Positions 51,880-60,644 of a stretch of DNA of 64,000 bases are shown here, piece by piece. Made by a program: the position numbers and the translations under genes. Position 1 is the first letter of the stretch, and every line of letters begins with the position of its first letter. The DNA is from Candidatus Oxydemutator sp. (GTDB taxonomy: Bacteria; Pseudomonadota; Gammaproteobacteria; Poriferisulfidales; Oxydemutatoraceae). The notes below the pieces were generated by a model that worked only from the letters and a program-made list of their open reading frames with translations, made no database searches and was not told the origin of the DNA. Where the stretch lies: assembly GCA_965203445.1 (NCBI GenBank), contig OZ241883.1:928001-992000 (forward strand), in the 5' to 3' direction.

Positions 51880-53643
51880 TCATTGCCGCAGCAACGCCAG
51901 CAGGTCGTGAACCTTTTCGGGGTGGTCGAACCAGTACTCGCGCAGCAACGGTTCGATCTGGGTGGCGATGACGTTCTCAAGCCAGTCTTCGTACTCAGCC
52001 GGCTGCTCTTCCGCTTGCTCATCGGGCACAAAGAATTTTTTATCGGGCACGAAGAAACTGTGGCCGATCTCAAAGCCATGCCCGAGGTCTTTTTCGTCGC
52101 GGATGCGGCTATTGATCTCGGACATGCCGTTTGTAATCTTTTTCACAAGCGCCTTGTCCACTTCTTTGGCGCGCAGATATTCTTCGAACTTGTAGGTGCC
52201 GGAGTCGGTGTCGAACGCGGGACGCAATTCCGCGAACGCGAACCGCCGGCGCAGCGCGTAGTCCACCATTGCAAGAGAGCGGTCGGCGGTGTTCATCAGG
52301 CCGAGAATGTGCACGTTTTCCGGCACCGAGAAACGCTCGTCGGGGTTGCCGTAAAGCAACGGAATCGCATAGTCCCGGCCGCGTTTGTCGGCCTCGATCA
52401 GCATCAGCAACTCGCCGAATATGCGCGACAGATTGCCGCGGTTGATCTCGTCTATGATGAACGTGAACGGCACGTCCGGTTTTTGTTCGGCGCGTTTGCA
52501 GAACTCGAAGAACACGCCGTTTTTGCGGGTAAAGCCGCCTTGCTCGTTCGGCCGCCACCCCTGCACGAAGTCCTCGTAGGCGTACGACTGATGGAACTGC
52601 ACCATCTCGACCGGATCCGGGTCTTCGCGCCCGATCAGACACCACGCGATGCGCTTGGCGATGAAGGTTTTGCCGACGCCGGGCGGCCCTTGCAGAATCA
52701 GATTCTTGCGGTCTTTGATCGCTCGTAAAATACGCTCGAACTGCTCGTCACTGACAAAGATGTCGTCGAGGGCTGAATTGAGGTCGTAACGCTTCTTATC
52801 AGGTTTGGGATCGGGTTCAGGGTCGGGAGAGGGCTTGGGGAGCCACCAATCTTTATACGGTTGTTGGTAGAAGTCTATTTCCTTACCGGGATGCTCTCTC
52901 TCAAGCTGCTCCCGAACTTTGAGCACCGCCCGATCCACTTCGATCGTCGTGCATTTGCGGTAATCTACGTCCGCTTTGTGTCCCCATTTTTTGTGGAACT
53001 CCACGATGATATGGCGTTTGTGTTTTTTTGATACCGTCAGTTCAAACGAATCGGGAAACAGCAGGAACAGGAAAATATGTCTGAGCTGGCGCCTCTCGGA
53101 ACCTTTTCGGGCGTCGAGCCATGCGGCGAATTTCCATGGGTCGGACAGCAACTCTTCCCTCTGCTCGCGGGAGAGACGGGAGAACCAATCGCCCATGGTG
53201 TCGACGAAGAATGCAAATTCGAGCCATTTGTATGTGTTAAAGGCAGTGCCGGGATTTACCGTTCCTTTTGCCAGAAGATCGCCTAATGCCCAATTGCGGC
53301 CCGGGAGATCTTTCCCGGACCACTCCCAGGCTTGTTTGATGTGATCATGCTTGGTTTGCCGTCTGAGACTATCTCTGGATACAATCAGATACAGCACCCA
53401 TGTCATTTCCGCCCATAGGCATTTGGCCGCCGGAGAAGCAGGTTCCAGCTGACGCTCCAACTTGTCATGAAATTTTTCCGTGCCTGCGTCGGGGTTCTCA
53501 ACATAGTGCTCCCGCAGCTGTTCAAAATTCTCCGAAGTCCACAACTTTTCATCCGTGAACACCGACCCGCCTCCCAGCAGGCAGCGTTTTTTCCACTGTT
53601 CGGCGGCGGCAAGCACGGCCTCGGCGCGTTTCAATCGGCTCAT
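51880..53643 (-). CDS. mcrB: McrB-family GTPase
   Basis: GPPGVGKT, QFHQSYAYEDF, IDEINRGN, MNTADRS, ALRRRF. Confidence 0.92.
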   Translation of the reverse strand: MSRLKRAEAVLAAAEQWKKRCLLGGGSVFTDEKLWTSENFEQLREHYVENPDAGTEKFHDKLERQLEPASPAAKCLWAEMTWVLYLIVSRDSLRRQTKHDHIKQAWEWSGKDLPGRNWALGDLLAKGTVNPGTAFNTYKWLEFAFFVDTMGDWFSRLSREQREELLSDPWKFAAWLDARKGSERRQLRHIFLFLLFPDSFELTVSKKHKRHIIVEFHKKWGHKADVDYRKCTTIEVDRAVLKVREQLEREHPGKEIDFYQQPYKDWWLPKPSPDPEPDPKPDKKRYDLNSALDDIFVSDEQFERILRAIKDRKNLILQGPPGVGKTFIAKRIAWCLIGREDPDPVEMVQFHQSYAYEDFVQGWRPNEQGGFTRKNGVFFEFCKRAEQKPDVPFTFIIDEINRGNLSRIFGELLMLIEADKRGRDYAIPLLYGNPDERFSVPENVHILGLMNTADRSLAMVDYALRRRFAFAELRPAFDTDSGTYKFEEYLRAKEVDKALVKKITNGMSEINSRIRDEKDLGHGFEIGHSFFVPDKKFFVPDEQAEEQPAEYEDWLENVIATQIEPLLREYWFDHPEKVHDLLALLRQ

Positions 53644-53784
53644 CGGAGATTCTTGTGTCTGGTGTCGGAGGTGTGGGAGCGATTTTCGATTATAAGCCGC
53701 CCTTCCGCTGGTTGTCCATGAGAAAAACAAAAGCGCCGCCGCCATCCGTTGCAATTCTGCGTTTCAAATGCATAATTACAACAA

Positions 53785-55008
53785 ATGAAAGGCTATATCA
53801 AACGTTCGCTCGAACCGGTCCTGCGCAAGGCCGCCGCCGAGTTTCCCGCCGTGGTTCTGACCGGCCCGCGTCAGTCCGGCAAGACGACGCTGCTTCGACG
53901 CCTGTTCGACAAGCGTTGCCGGTATGTATCCCTGGAACCGCCGGACGTCCGTGCGGCCGCGTCGCAGGACCCGCGCGGCTTTCTCGCAATGCACGCGCCA
54001 CCGGTGATCTTCGACGAGATACAGCACGTCCCCGACCTGCTCCCATACATCAAGGAGAAAATTGACGCGCACCGCCACCGCCGCGGCCAGTACCTGCTGA
54101 CCGGCTCGCAAAACCTGGCGCTCGCCGAGCAAGTGACCGAATCGCTGGCGGGGCGCACTGCGCTGCTTCGCCTGCTGCCGCTGTCCAGGCGCGAGGCCGA
54201 GGGGCGGGCGCAGCTGTCTTTGCCGTGGGAACGCAAGCGCCGGGCGGCGCGAACGGCGACGCCGCATGCGTTCGCCAGGTTATGGAAAGGCTTTCTGCGC
54301 GGCGGCTATCCCGAACTGACGGCGCAGCCCAGGCGCGACGCATCCCTCTGGCACGCCGGCTACATCCAGACGTACCTGGAACGCGACGTGCGCACGCTTA
54401 GGCAGGTCGGCGACCTGACCCAATACCAGAGCTTTCTCCGGCTGCTCGCGGCCAGAAGCGCCCAGCTCCTGAACCTGACCGAAGTCGCAAGAGACCTCGG
54501 CGTTGCCGTCAACACCGTCAAGGCATGGCTTTCGGTGCTGGAGGCCACCTGCCAGGTGATCGTGCTGCGTCCGTACTTCGCCAACGTCGGCAGGCGTCTC
54601 GTCAAGACGCCGAAGGTATATTTCGCCGACACCGGCACGCTGTGCCATCTTGCCGGCCTCAAGAATATCGAGCACGCCGCCGCCGGCCCGATGGGGGGAG
54701 CGATTATCGAGACCGCGGTGCTTTCCGAGATCGTCAAGACGCTCGCGCACCGAGGGTCGGGGGAGCAGGTCTATTTCTGGAGGACCGCGGCCGGGGCGGA
54801 AGTGGATTTCGTCGTCGAAAGCGGCGGCGGACTCGTTCCCGTAGAGGTGAAACTTTCCGCCACGCCGTCTTTGCGTATGGCGGCGTCCATCGCCGCATTC
54901 CAAAAAAGTTTGGGCGCCGCCGCTCTGCCCGGATACGTCGTGCACCCGGGCGACATGCGCCTGCCCCTCGGAAACGACGCAACGGCCCTTCCGTTCAGCG
55001 ACCTGTAG
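53785..55008 (+). CDS. AAA_14/DUF4143 ATPase
   Basis: GPRQSGKTT, FDEIQ, ESLAGR, GGYPE, EVD...PVEVK. Confidence 0.9.
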   Translation: MKGYIKRSLEPVLRKAAAEFPAVVLTGPRQSGKTTLLRRLFDKRCRYVSLEPPDVRAAASQDPRGFLAMHAPPVIFDEIQHVPDLLPYIKEKIDAHRHRRGQYLLTGSQNLALAEQVTESLAGRTALLRLLPLSRREAEGRAQLSLPWERKRRAARTATPHAFARLWKGFLRGGYPELTAQPRRDASLWHAGYIQTYLERDVRTLRQVGDLTQYQSFLRLLAARSAQLLNLTEVARDLGVAVNTVKAWLSVLEATCQVIVLRPYFANVGRRLVKTPKVYFADTGTLCHLAGLKNIEHAAAGPMGGAIIETAVLSEIVKTLAHRGSGEQVYFWRTAAGAEVDFVVESGGGLVPVEVKLSATPSLRMAASIAAFQKSLGAAALPGYVVHPGDMRLPLGNDATALPFSDL

Positions 55009-55035
55009 CAAGGCTTGCCGTCGCGCTTCCCAACG

Positions 55036-55128
55036 CGCCCTATCCGGCCTCTTTCAACGCCCGCATAAAATCGTCGCGCCAACCCGCAAAGTCCGCGACA
55101 TAGTTATAACCGCGTTATAACCGCACAC
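55036..55128 (-). repeat. Copy of the 3' end of the rubredoxin-MBL gene (57925-58006)
   Basis: CGCCCTATCCGGCCTCTTTCAACGCCCGCA...AGTTATAACCGCACAC, with an extra internal GTTATAACCGC repeat. Confidence 0.9.
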
Positions 55129-55191
55129 AAATTGACATGAAATGCCGTGCGCGGTATTGTTCAGACGTCTGGACGTCTATGTTGCCGCCCC

Positions 55192-56373
55192 ATGAACTGG
55201 AAAACCGACCGCAATCCCCCCGGCCAAGTGCGCGACGCCATCTTACAAGTGCTCGCGCTGTCGTCAATGCCGTTGCCAATCAGAGAAATCGAGGATCGGA
55301 TACAAAAAATAGCCGGGCCGACGCCTTCTTCTTCGATAAGGTCTTACTTGAGATTGAACACGCCGGGTCTTTTCGTCAGGGAAGGGCGCGGTATCTACAG
55401 CCTGCGGGCACGAGGCGCCGAAGATGCCCAACGGAAGCTCGCGTACCCAAGACAATGGAAAGAGCATTTTCGTTACGGCAAATCCACGCTGGTACACGCC
55501 GACTCCTTCGACTGGATACAGCGCCGGGAAGCGAACAGCATTCATGCGGTGGTAACCGATCCTCCATACGGCCTGCACGAATATACGCCTGAGCAACAAC
55601 GAAAATTGCGCAATGGCAAGGGCGGCGTCTGGCGCATTCCGCCCTCCTTCGACGGTGGCAGGCGCTCTCCTCTGCCGCGGTTCACGACACTCACGCAAGA
55701 GCAACTGGAACGGCTGAGGTCGTTCTTTCTGGCCTGGGGAAAGTTGTTGCTTCCGAAGCTCGTCCCCGGCGCCCACGTCGTCGTCGCCTCCAATCCCCTG
55801 CTTTCCCATATCGTTTCCGTCGCTCTTGCCGATGCCGGTCTCGAAAGAAGAGGCGAGATCGTGCGCCTGACCATGACCATGCGCGGCGGAGATCGTCCCA
55901 AGGCGGCGCAAGAAGAATTCAGCGATGTCAGTGCAATGCCGCGCTCGATGTGGGAACCGTGGGTTGTATATCGGAAACCTCTCGAGGGCCGCGTACAAGA
56001 CAATCTGCGCAAATGGAAAACGGGAGGCTTTCGCCGACCTGAGTCGAACAAGCCTTTCGGAGACGTCGTTGCATCAGGCCCCACGAGAAAGAGCGAAAAG
56101 GCCTTCGCGCCCCATCCGAGCCTGAAACCCCAGTCGTTCATGAGGCAGATCGTCCACGCTGCATTGCCGTTGGGGAAGGGCGTGATTCTCGATCCATTCG
56201 CCGGTTCCGGCGCCACCCTGGCCGCGGCCGAAGCGGTCGGCTATGCCAGCATCGGCATAGAGAAAGATCCCGACTTTTTCTCGCTGGCCCGCGAAGCGCT
56301 GCCGAAACTCGCCGCACTCAAAACGAACGGTGTCGCTAAAGTATGTATATCCAGCTATCCCGAAGCTTTTTGA
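55192..56373 (+). CDS. Beta-class N6/N4 DNA methyltransferase with N-terminal wHTH-like extension
   Basis: VTDPPY before HPSLKP and ILDPFAGSG. Confidence 0.88.
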   Translation: MNWKTDRNPPGQVRDAILQVLALSSMPLPIREIEDRIQKIAGPTPSSSIRSYLRLNTPGLFVREGRGIYSLRARGAEDAQRKLAYPRQWKEHFRYGKSTLVHADSFDWIQRREANSIHAVVTDPPYGLHEYTPEQQRKLRNGKGGVWRIPPSFDGGRRSPLPRFTTLTQEQLERLRSFFLAWGKLLLPKLVPGAHVVVASNPLLSHIVSVALADAGLERRGEIVRLTMTMRGGDRPKAAQEEFSDVSAMPRSMWEPWVVYRKPLEGRVQDNLRKWKTGGFRRPESNKPFGDVVASGPTRKSEKAFAPHPSLKPQSFMRQIVHAALPLGKGVILDPFAGSGATLAAAEAVGYASIGIEKDPDFFSLAREALPKLAALKTNGVAKVCISSYPEAF

Positions 56374-56560
56374 TGCCGTCCTTGTGCAACGTCGCAGTGC
56401 GCGTTCCCAATTCCCCCCTGGGATTTTTGCGGAAATCATCCGTCGTGACTTTTGCCAGATAAACCTCAGTGAAAGACATCGGTTCCCTGTCCGTGGCCGG
56501 TTCGGAGGCGCTGTCCACCTTATAAACGAAAACACACATCCATTGTTCTCTGGCGCCATC
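56336..56560 (-). pseudogene. C-terminal fragment of a putative restriction endonuclease
   Basis: GAREQWMCVFVYKVD...DFRKNPRGELGTRTATL; convergent with the MTase; no N-terminus. Confidence 0.5.
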
Positions 56561-56707
56561 GCTACAACCACGTCAGGCCGCATAGCTCTTTGGGCTATGT
56601 TGCACCAGCGGCATTCCTGAAGAATACCGCCGCCTGATACAATGGAATTTCTCTCAATGACTGTGGCCCTAATTCAGGGGGAAGGTCAAACCGAGAGCGA
56701 CGAAGCG

Positions 56708-57061
56708 ATGAAGGAGAAAACAATGACCCAACCAAAAGAGACAGCAATGATGAAACTGACTTATGTGTTGTCGCTGGCGCTGCTGATGATTGTGTTTCTC
56801 ATCAATCTGGCCGCGTCGCTCACGGGGCTTGTTTATTTCCCCGTGTGGGTTATCAGCGCTGCTGTTTTCTCACCGGTGGCACACTCACAAGCAAAGAAGC
56901 GTGGACGACACCATCTGATATGGACAATGTGGACGGCGCTGGGAGCGCCCATTTTCACCAATATCCTGTTGCTGGTACTGGGCAACACCGACGAGCAAAA
57001 CGAAGCGAACTGGAAGCGCCAGGCCGACGCCATCGCAAAGGCCGCAAAGCAAAACCCCTGA
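56708..57061 (+). CDS. Small hypothetical membrane protein
   Basis: Three hydrophobic segments; RBS AAGGAG; hairpin downstream. Confidence 0.5.
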   Translation: MKEKTMTQPKETAMMKLTYVLSLALLMIVFLINLAASLTGLVYFPVWVISAAVFSPVAHSQAKKRGRHHLIWTMWTALGAPIFTNILLLVLGNTDEQNEANWKRQADAIAKAAKQNP

Positions 57062-57145
57062 ATTCCCCCCTACCCCTACCCTATCCGACCCTCTGATCGT
57101 GCGCCCTGGGCGATTTGAGGGCGTCTTTTCTCGACGACGGGCCAG

Positions 57146-57176
57146 AAAAAAGCCCCCAAGCCGAAACTTGGGGGCC
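57146..57176 (-). terminator. Rho-independent terminator-like hairpin
   Basis: AAAAAAA-GCCCCCAAG-CCGAAA-CTTGGGGGC. Confidence 0.65.
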
Positions 57177-57251
57177 TGGCGCCGGGTCGAAAGCCAGCGC
57201 CATTTATGGCTTCAGGAACCGTGTTTCAATACTGCTGAACCGATTTGACGA

Positions 57252-57383
57252 TTAGTAATAATCGGTGCCCAGCCTTCCCTGCTCAACAATCACGTAATCG
57301 GCGTTCATCTCGACAAGATTGGCTGATACAGCACAACCGGCGATCATCGAGACAGCCAACAAAATTAGCAGAATGTTCCACAT
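57252..57383 (-). pseudogene. Truncated lipoprotein paralog of 12777-13103
   Basis: MWNILLILLAVSMIAGCAVSANLVEMNADYVIVEQ... Confidence 0.65.
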
Positions 57384-57741
57384 ACAGTCCCCCCCGGCTC
57401 CAGGACATCTGTTGACGCAGATGCCCTTGGCGACTGTTCATTGGTGTTGGTTTGGGACAACGAACAGCGCAGATAAGCGTAGCACGCCTTCTGATGCTTT
57501 GTCATTACTCCCTTCCCCTTTGAAAGCCGATGTGCGGTCAAGGCGACCCGCGCGTGTGAAACATCACGCGTGATGGGGCGCAAACCAAAGTCGTCGCCAT
57601 GTGCGACGGGGCAATGCTTGGGTTCGGTGTTGGAGCATTGCAGGAGAGCCGATCAGGAACCGAAATCAGGGAGAGCGCCACTGCTCCTGAAACAATGGGT
57701 GCAATGTCGAAGTGAGGGCGTAGATGACAGAGGATTGATTG

Positions 57742-57911
57742 ATATCATCCATGCGTTGCAATCCTCTGGCGATGAGGTGGGAATTTACGTCGTAGAAAAA
57801 GTCATACACGTCCTGCATGGCCATTTGGAAATCCTGCCAACGCAGATCGTACGGCAACCCAGGTTTGGCGTTGAACTTGGAAATATCAACGGTGTTGCGT
57901 CGTATGGCCAT
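57742..57911 (-). pseudogene. N-terminal fragment of a putative restriction endonuclease
   Basis: MAIRRNTVD...DFQMAMQDVYDFFYDVN..L..RGLQRMDD; position and orientation fit the 56336-56560 fragment. Confidence 0.5.
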
Positions 57912-57928
57912 AGCAACGGGTGCTCGCC

Positions 57929-58636
57929 CTATCCGGCCTCTTTCAACGCCCGCACAAAATCGTCGCGCCAATCCGCAAAGTCCGCGACGTAGTTATAACC
58001 GCACACCGTCGCAAGCTCCCGCCCCTCGATAATCTCCAAAATCCGGGCGCCACCCTTGCGGGTGGCGTCGCCGTCCCCGTAGGGATTGAGCCGCATCGCG
58101 GCGCCGGGCGGAAACGCGTAGTCGCAGACGAACAGCACGTCGTCGTGGACGTAGATCGTAAAACCCGGCGTATGCCCGCCGATGTGCCACGCCGCAAGCG
58201 AACCGCGCCGGAAGTCGCCGTCGAATGCAACGTCGACGGGATGGGCGCGCGCCAGCGGATGCGCCGCGTCGAGCGCGTGCATATGCACTCGCGCGCCCCA
58301 CAGCGCTCGATACTGGTTCGACGCCCCCATAAAATGCGTGTGGGTGAACAAGATCGCGTCCACCGGATCGAGGTCGCGGTTGAAGGCCGACGGGCAGTCT
58401 ATCCAGACCGGCCCCTGATCGGTCTCGACGCGATAGGCCGCGTGTTCCAGCCCGAGGCGCGGTACCGACAGCAACTGCGTGACCCCGTCGGCGGCCGGCG
58501 TGGGCGTCACCCGATACATTTTCTCCGCCTGCGCCGCGCTCACGAACTGCTCGTGCCGCGCCCCGCAGAACGGGCACACGTCCGGGCGCTCGCCGATCAT
58601 GTTGTAGCCGCAGGCCTTGCAAACCCACTGTTCCAT
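57929..58636 (-). CDS. Rubredoxin-like domain fused to a metallo-beta-lactamase fold
   Basis: WVCKACG..CPFCG; FTHTHFMG, GGHTPG, FVCD. Confidence 0.8.
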   Translation of the reverse strand: MEQWVCKACGYNMIGERPDVCPFCGARHEQFVSAAQAEKMYRVTPTPAADGVTQLLSVPRLGLEHAAYRVETDQGPVWIDCPSAFNRDLDPVDAILFTHTHFMGASNQYRALWGARVHMHALDAAHPLARAHPVDVAFDGDFRRGSLAAWHIGGHTPGFTIYVHDDVLFVCDYAFPPGAAMRLNPYGDGDATRKGGARILEIIEGRELATVCGYNYVADFADWRDDFVRALKEAG

Positions 58637-58794
58637 GTTGAATTCCCTCCTCGCCATCTGTTCGTGCCGCATTTGTACCGCGTTCGTGCCGTTCGTCAGA
58701 CCAAATAGTGCCGTTCGTCCGGTCTTTGCCGACATTGTAGCGTCTCGCATTTTATACCAGCGCTTTTCCCATACTATAATCTAAGGAGTTCCCT

Positions 58795-59040
58795 ATGACC
58801 GACATGGTAGATAATGTCCACAATCTGGAGAAGACTGGCATGACGCGCAAGCAGGCCGAGGCGGTGGCGAAGGTCATCCGCAGTGAGATAGCCGCAGCGC
58901 TGGAACCCGTCGTACAAAACATGGCGACGAAGGCCGAGATAGCCGAGCTCAGAAGCGAGATAGCGGCGAGCGACAAACATACGACGCTCGCCGTCGCCTT
59001 CGGCTGCGCCGCGATAGTCGCGGCGATCATCTTTGGTTGA
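58795..59040 (+). CDS. Small DUF1640/CCDC90-like coiled-coil + TM protein
   Basis: LEKTGMTRKQAEAV, MATKAEIAELRSEI, C-terminal TM; RBS AAGGAG. Confidence 0.65.
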   Translation: MTDMVDNVHNLEKTGMTRKQAEAVAKVIRSEIAAALEPVVQNMATKAEIAELRSEIAASDKHTTLAVAFGCAAIVAAIIFG

Positions 59041-59168
59041 CAAAGAGTGGGCGAAGCGCGAACCACAGTCCGCCTCGACCTGCCCCACGAAAGGCACCCG
59101 CCCGCCGTCGTGCGACGTTGCGCAACTCCTTGTGCAGGCGCTTTGACGAACGCCGAGGTTCCCACTTG

Positions 59169-60539
59169 ATGCAGACCACCCTGGAATATGAGGCTGTTTC
59201 CCGCCCGGGCAAAATCAGCAGCGAAGGCATCTTCCGCGACCCTGCTTTCATGGCCAATCGCGCAACACCGGTCCATCGGTGGGTGCCGTGGATCGCCGGC
59301 TACTCGCAGCACTTTGTCCAGGATGCGCTTGGCCGACATGGCGGCGACTACGGCACGGTGCTGGATCCATTCGCCGGCGTCGGCACCACCTTAGTCGAGG
59401 CAGACCGCGCCGGCCACGAAGCCATCGGCTTTGAAATCAACCCCTACGCGGCCTTCGCATCCCGAACCAAGCTGAAAGCTCACCGGATCGAGCCGCCGGC
59501 GCTTAGTGACGCCATCCGCCGGTTCCAGGAATTTCTGGATGATGCTGAAATCAAGGGCGCCGCGCCGCGCGCGAGGCCGCCAGTGGGCTTCCGCACTCGG
59601 TCGCCTTTCTACAGCCCGAAGGTGTTGCGCAAGGTTCTGCTCACTCAGGATTTCATTGCCGGTCAGCGAACGCAAATGGTGGCCGACGTCTTCCGTTTGG
59701 CTTTCGCCGCCACGATGGTGGAGTACTCGAACTACTCCTACGAACCCAGTCTCGGACGCAAGTCGACAGTTGGCCGACCGGAGGTCGAAGATTTTCCCGT
59801 CATGGAGACCATCGCGGCCAAAACGGCCCTGATGATGGAAGACGCCGACTGGTACCGCAAGGTGCGCAACCGCCGCCGCAGGAAGGACGGCCGCGTCTTG
59901 GCCAGGTCGTTCTTTGAAGGGTACCGTGAACTGGAACGTGAGAGCGTCGATCTCGTAGTCACCTCCCCCCCTTACCTGAACAACTACCATTACAACCGGA
60001 ATACGAGGCCACACCTCTACTGGCTCGGCTTCTGCGATTCCCCGCGCGACATGAAACGCCTTGAGGAGTTGAATTTCGGCACCTATTGGCAAAACGCCAG
60101 AGACCAGGAGCGGGTCGAACCCGCCCCGGAAATTCAAGACCGGGAAATCCTCGACACGATCGAGGAAGTGCGCTCCAGGAATCCCGAAAGAGGCATCTAC
60201 GGCGGTTCGGGCTGGGCCAACTACGCCACGCTCTATTTCAATGATTGCGTGAGGTTTGTCGCCGGCATGAAGTGGTGCCTTAGGCCCGGGGCCACGGCGT
60301 TGGCGGTCGTCGGCAACAGCATTCTGCAAGGGGTGCAAGTGCCCACGGATTGTTTCCTGGCCAAAATTGCCGAATCCCAGGGGTTGCAGGTCGTCGGCAT
60401 TCACGTCCCCCGCGACACCCGAGTAGGAAACAGCATAATCGGTTCAACCGTGCGCGCCGGCAAGGCCGAAAACGGCGCCCGCCTGTACGAATCGGTGGTC
60501 GAGTTGCGCCGACCGACCCGTATGGAACCTGTGCATTGA
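59169..60539 (+). CDS. Amino-type (probably N4-cytosine) DNA methyltransferase
   Basis: HRWVPWIAGYS, VLDPFAGVGTT, VTSPPY. Confidence 0.85.
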   Translation: MQTTLEYEAVSRPGKISSEGIFRDPAFMANRATPVHRWVPWIAGYSQHFVQDALGRHGGDYGTVLDPFAGVGTTLVEADRAGHEAIGFEINPYAAFASRTKLKAHRIEPPALSDAIRRFQEFLDDAEIKGAAPRARPPVGFRTRSPFYSPKVLRKVLLTQDFIAGQRTQMVADVFRLAFAATMVEYSNYSYEPSLGRKSTVGRPEVEDFPVMETIAAKTALMMEDADWYRKVRNRRRRKDGRVLARSFFEGYRELERESVDLVVTSPPYLNNYHYNRNTRPHLYWLGFCDSPRDMKRLEELNFGTYWQNARDQERVEPAPEIQDREILDTIEEVRSRNPERGIYGGSGWANYATLYFNDCVRFVAGMKWCLRPGATALAVVGNSILQGVQVPTDCFLAKIAESQGLQVVGIHVPRDTRVGNSIIGSTVRAGKAENGARLYESVVELRRPTRMEPVH

Positions 60540-60644
60540 GGGTTTCGGAGACCACGATCCGGGCAGCGGCCGGTATCAGGTTCGGTTGCGCCGCGATAGT
60601 CGCGGCGATTATCTTTGGTTGATGAAGATGGGCGGTTGACAAGA

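Noticed and set aside
52021-52057. Short tandem duplications (FFVPDKKFFVPD in mcrB; AGGGGATTAGAC twice near 42191; Gly/Ser tracts in xth and the protease)
   Set aside because: Ordinary slippage or linker repeats with no evident system
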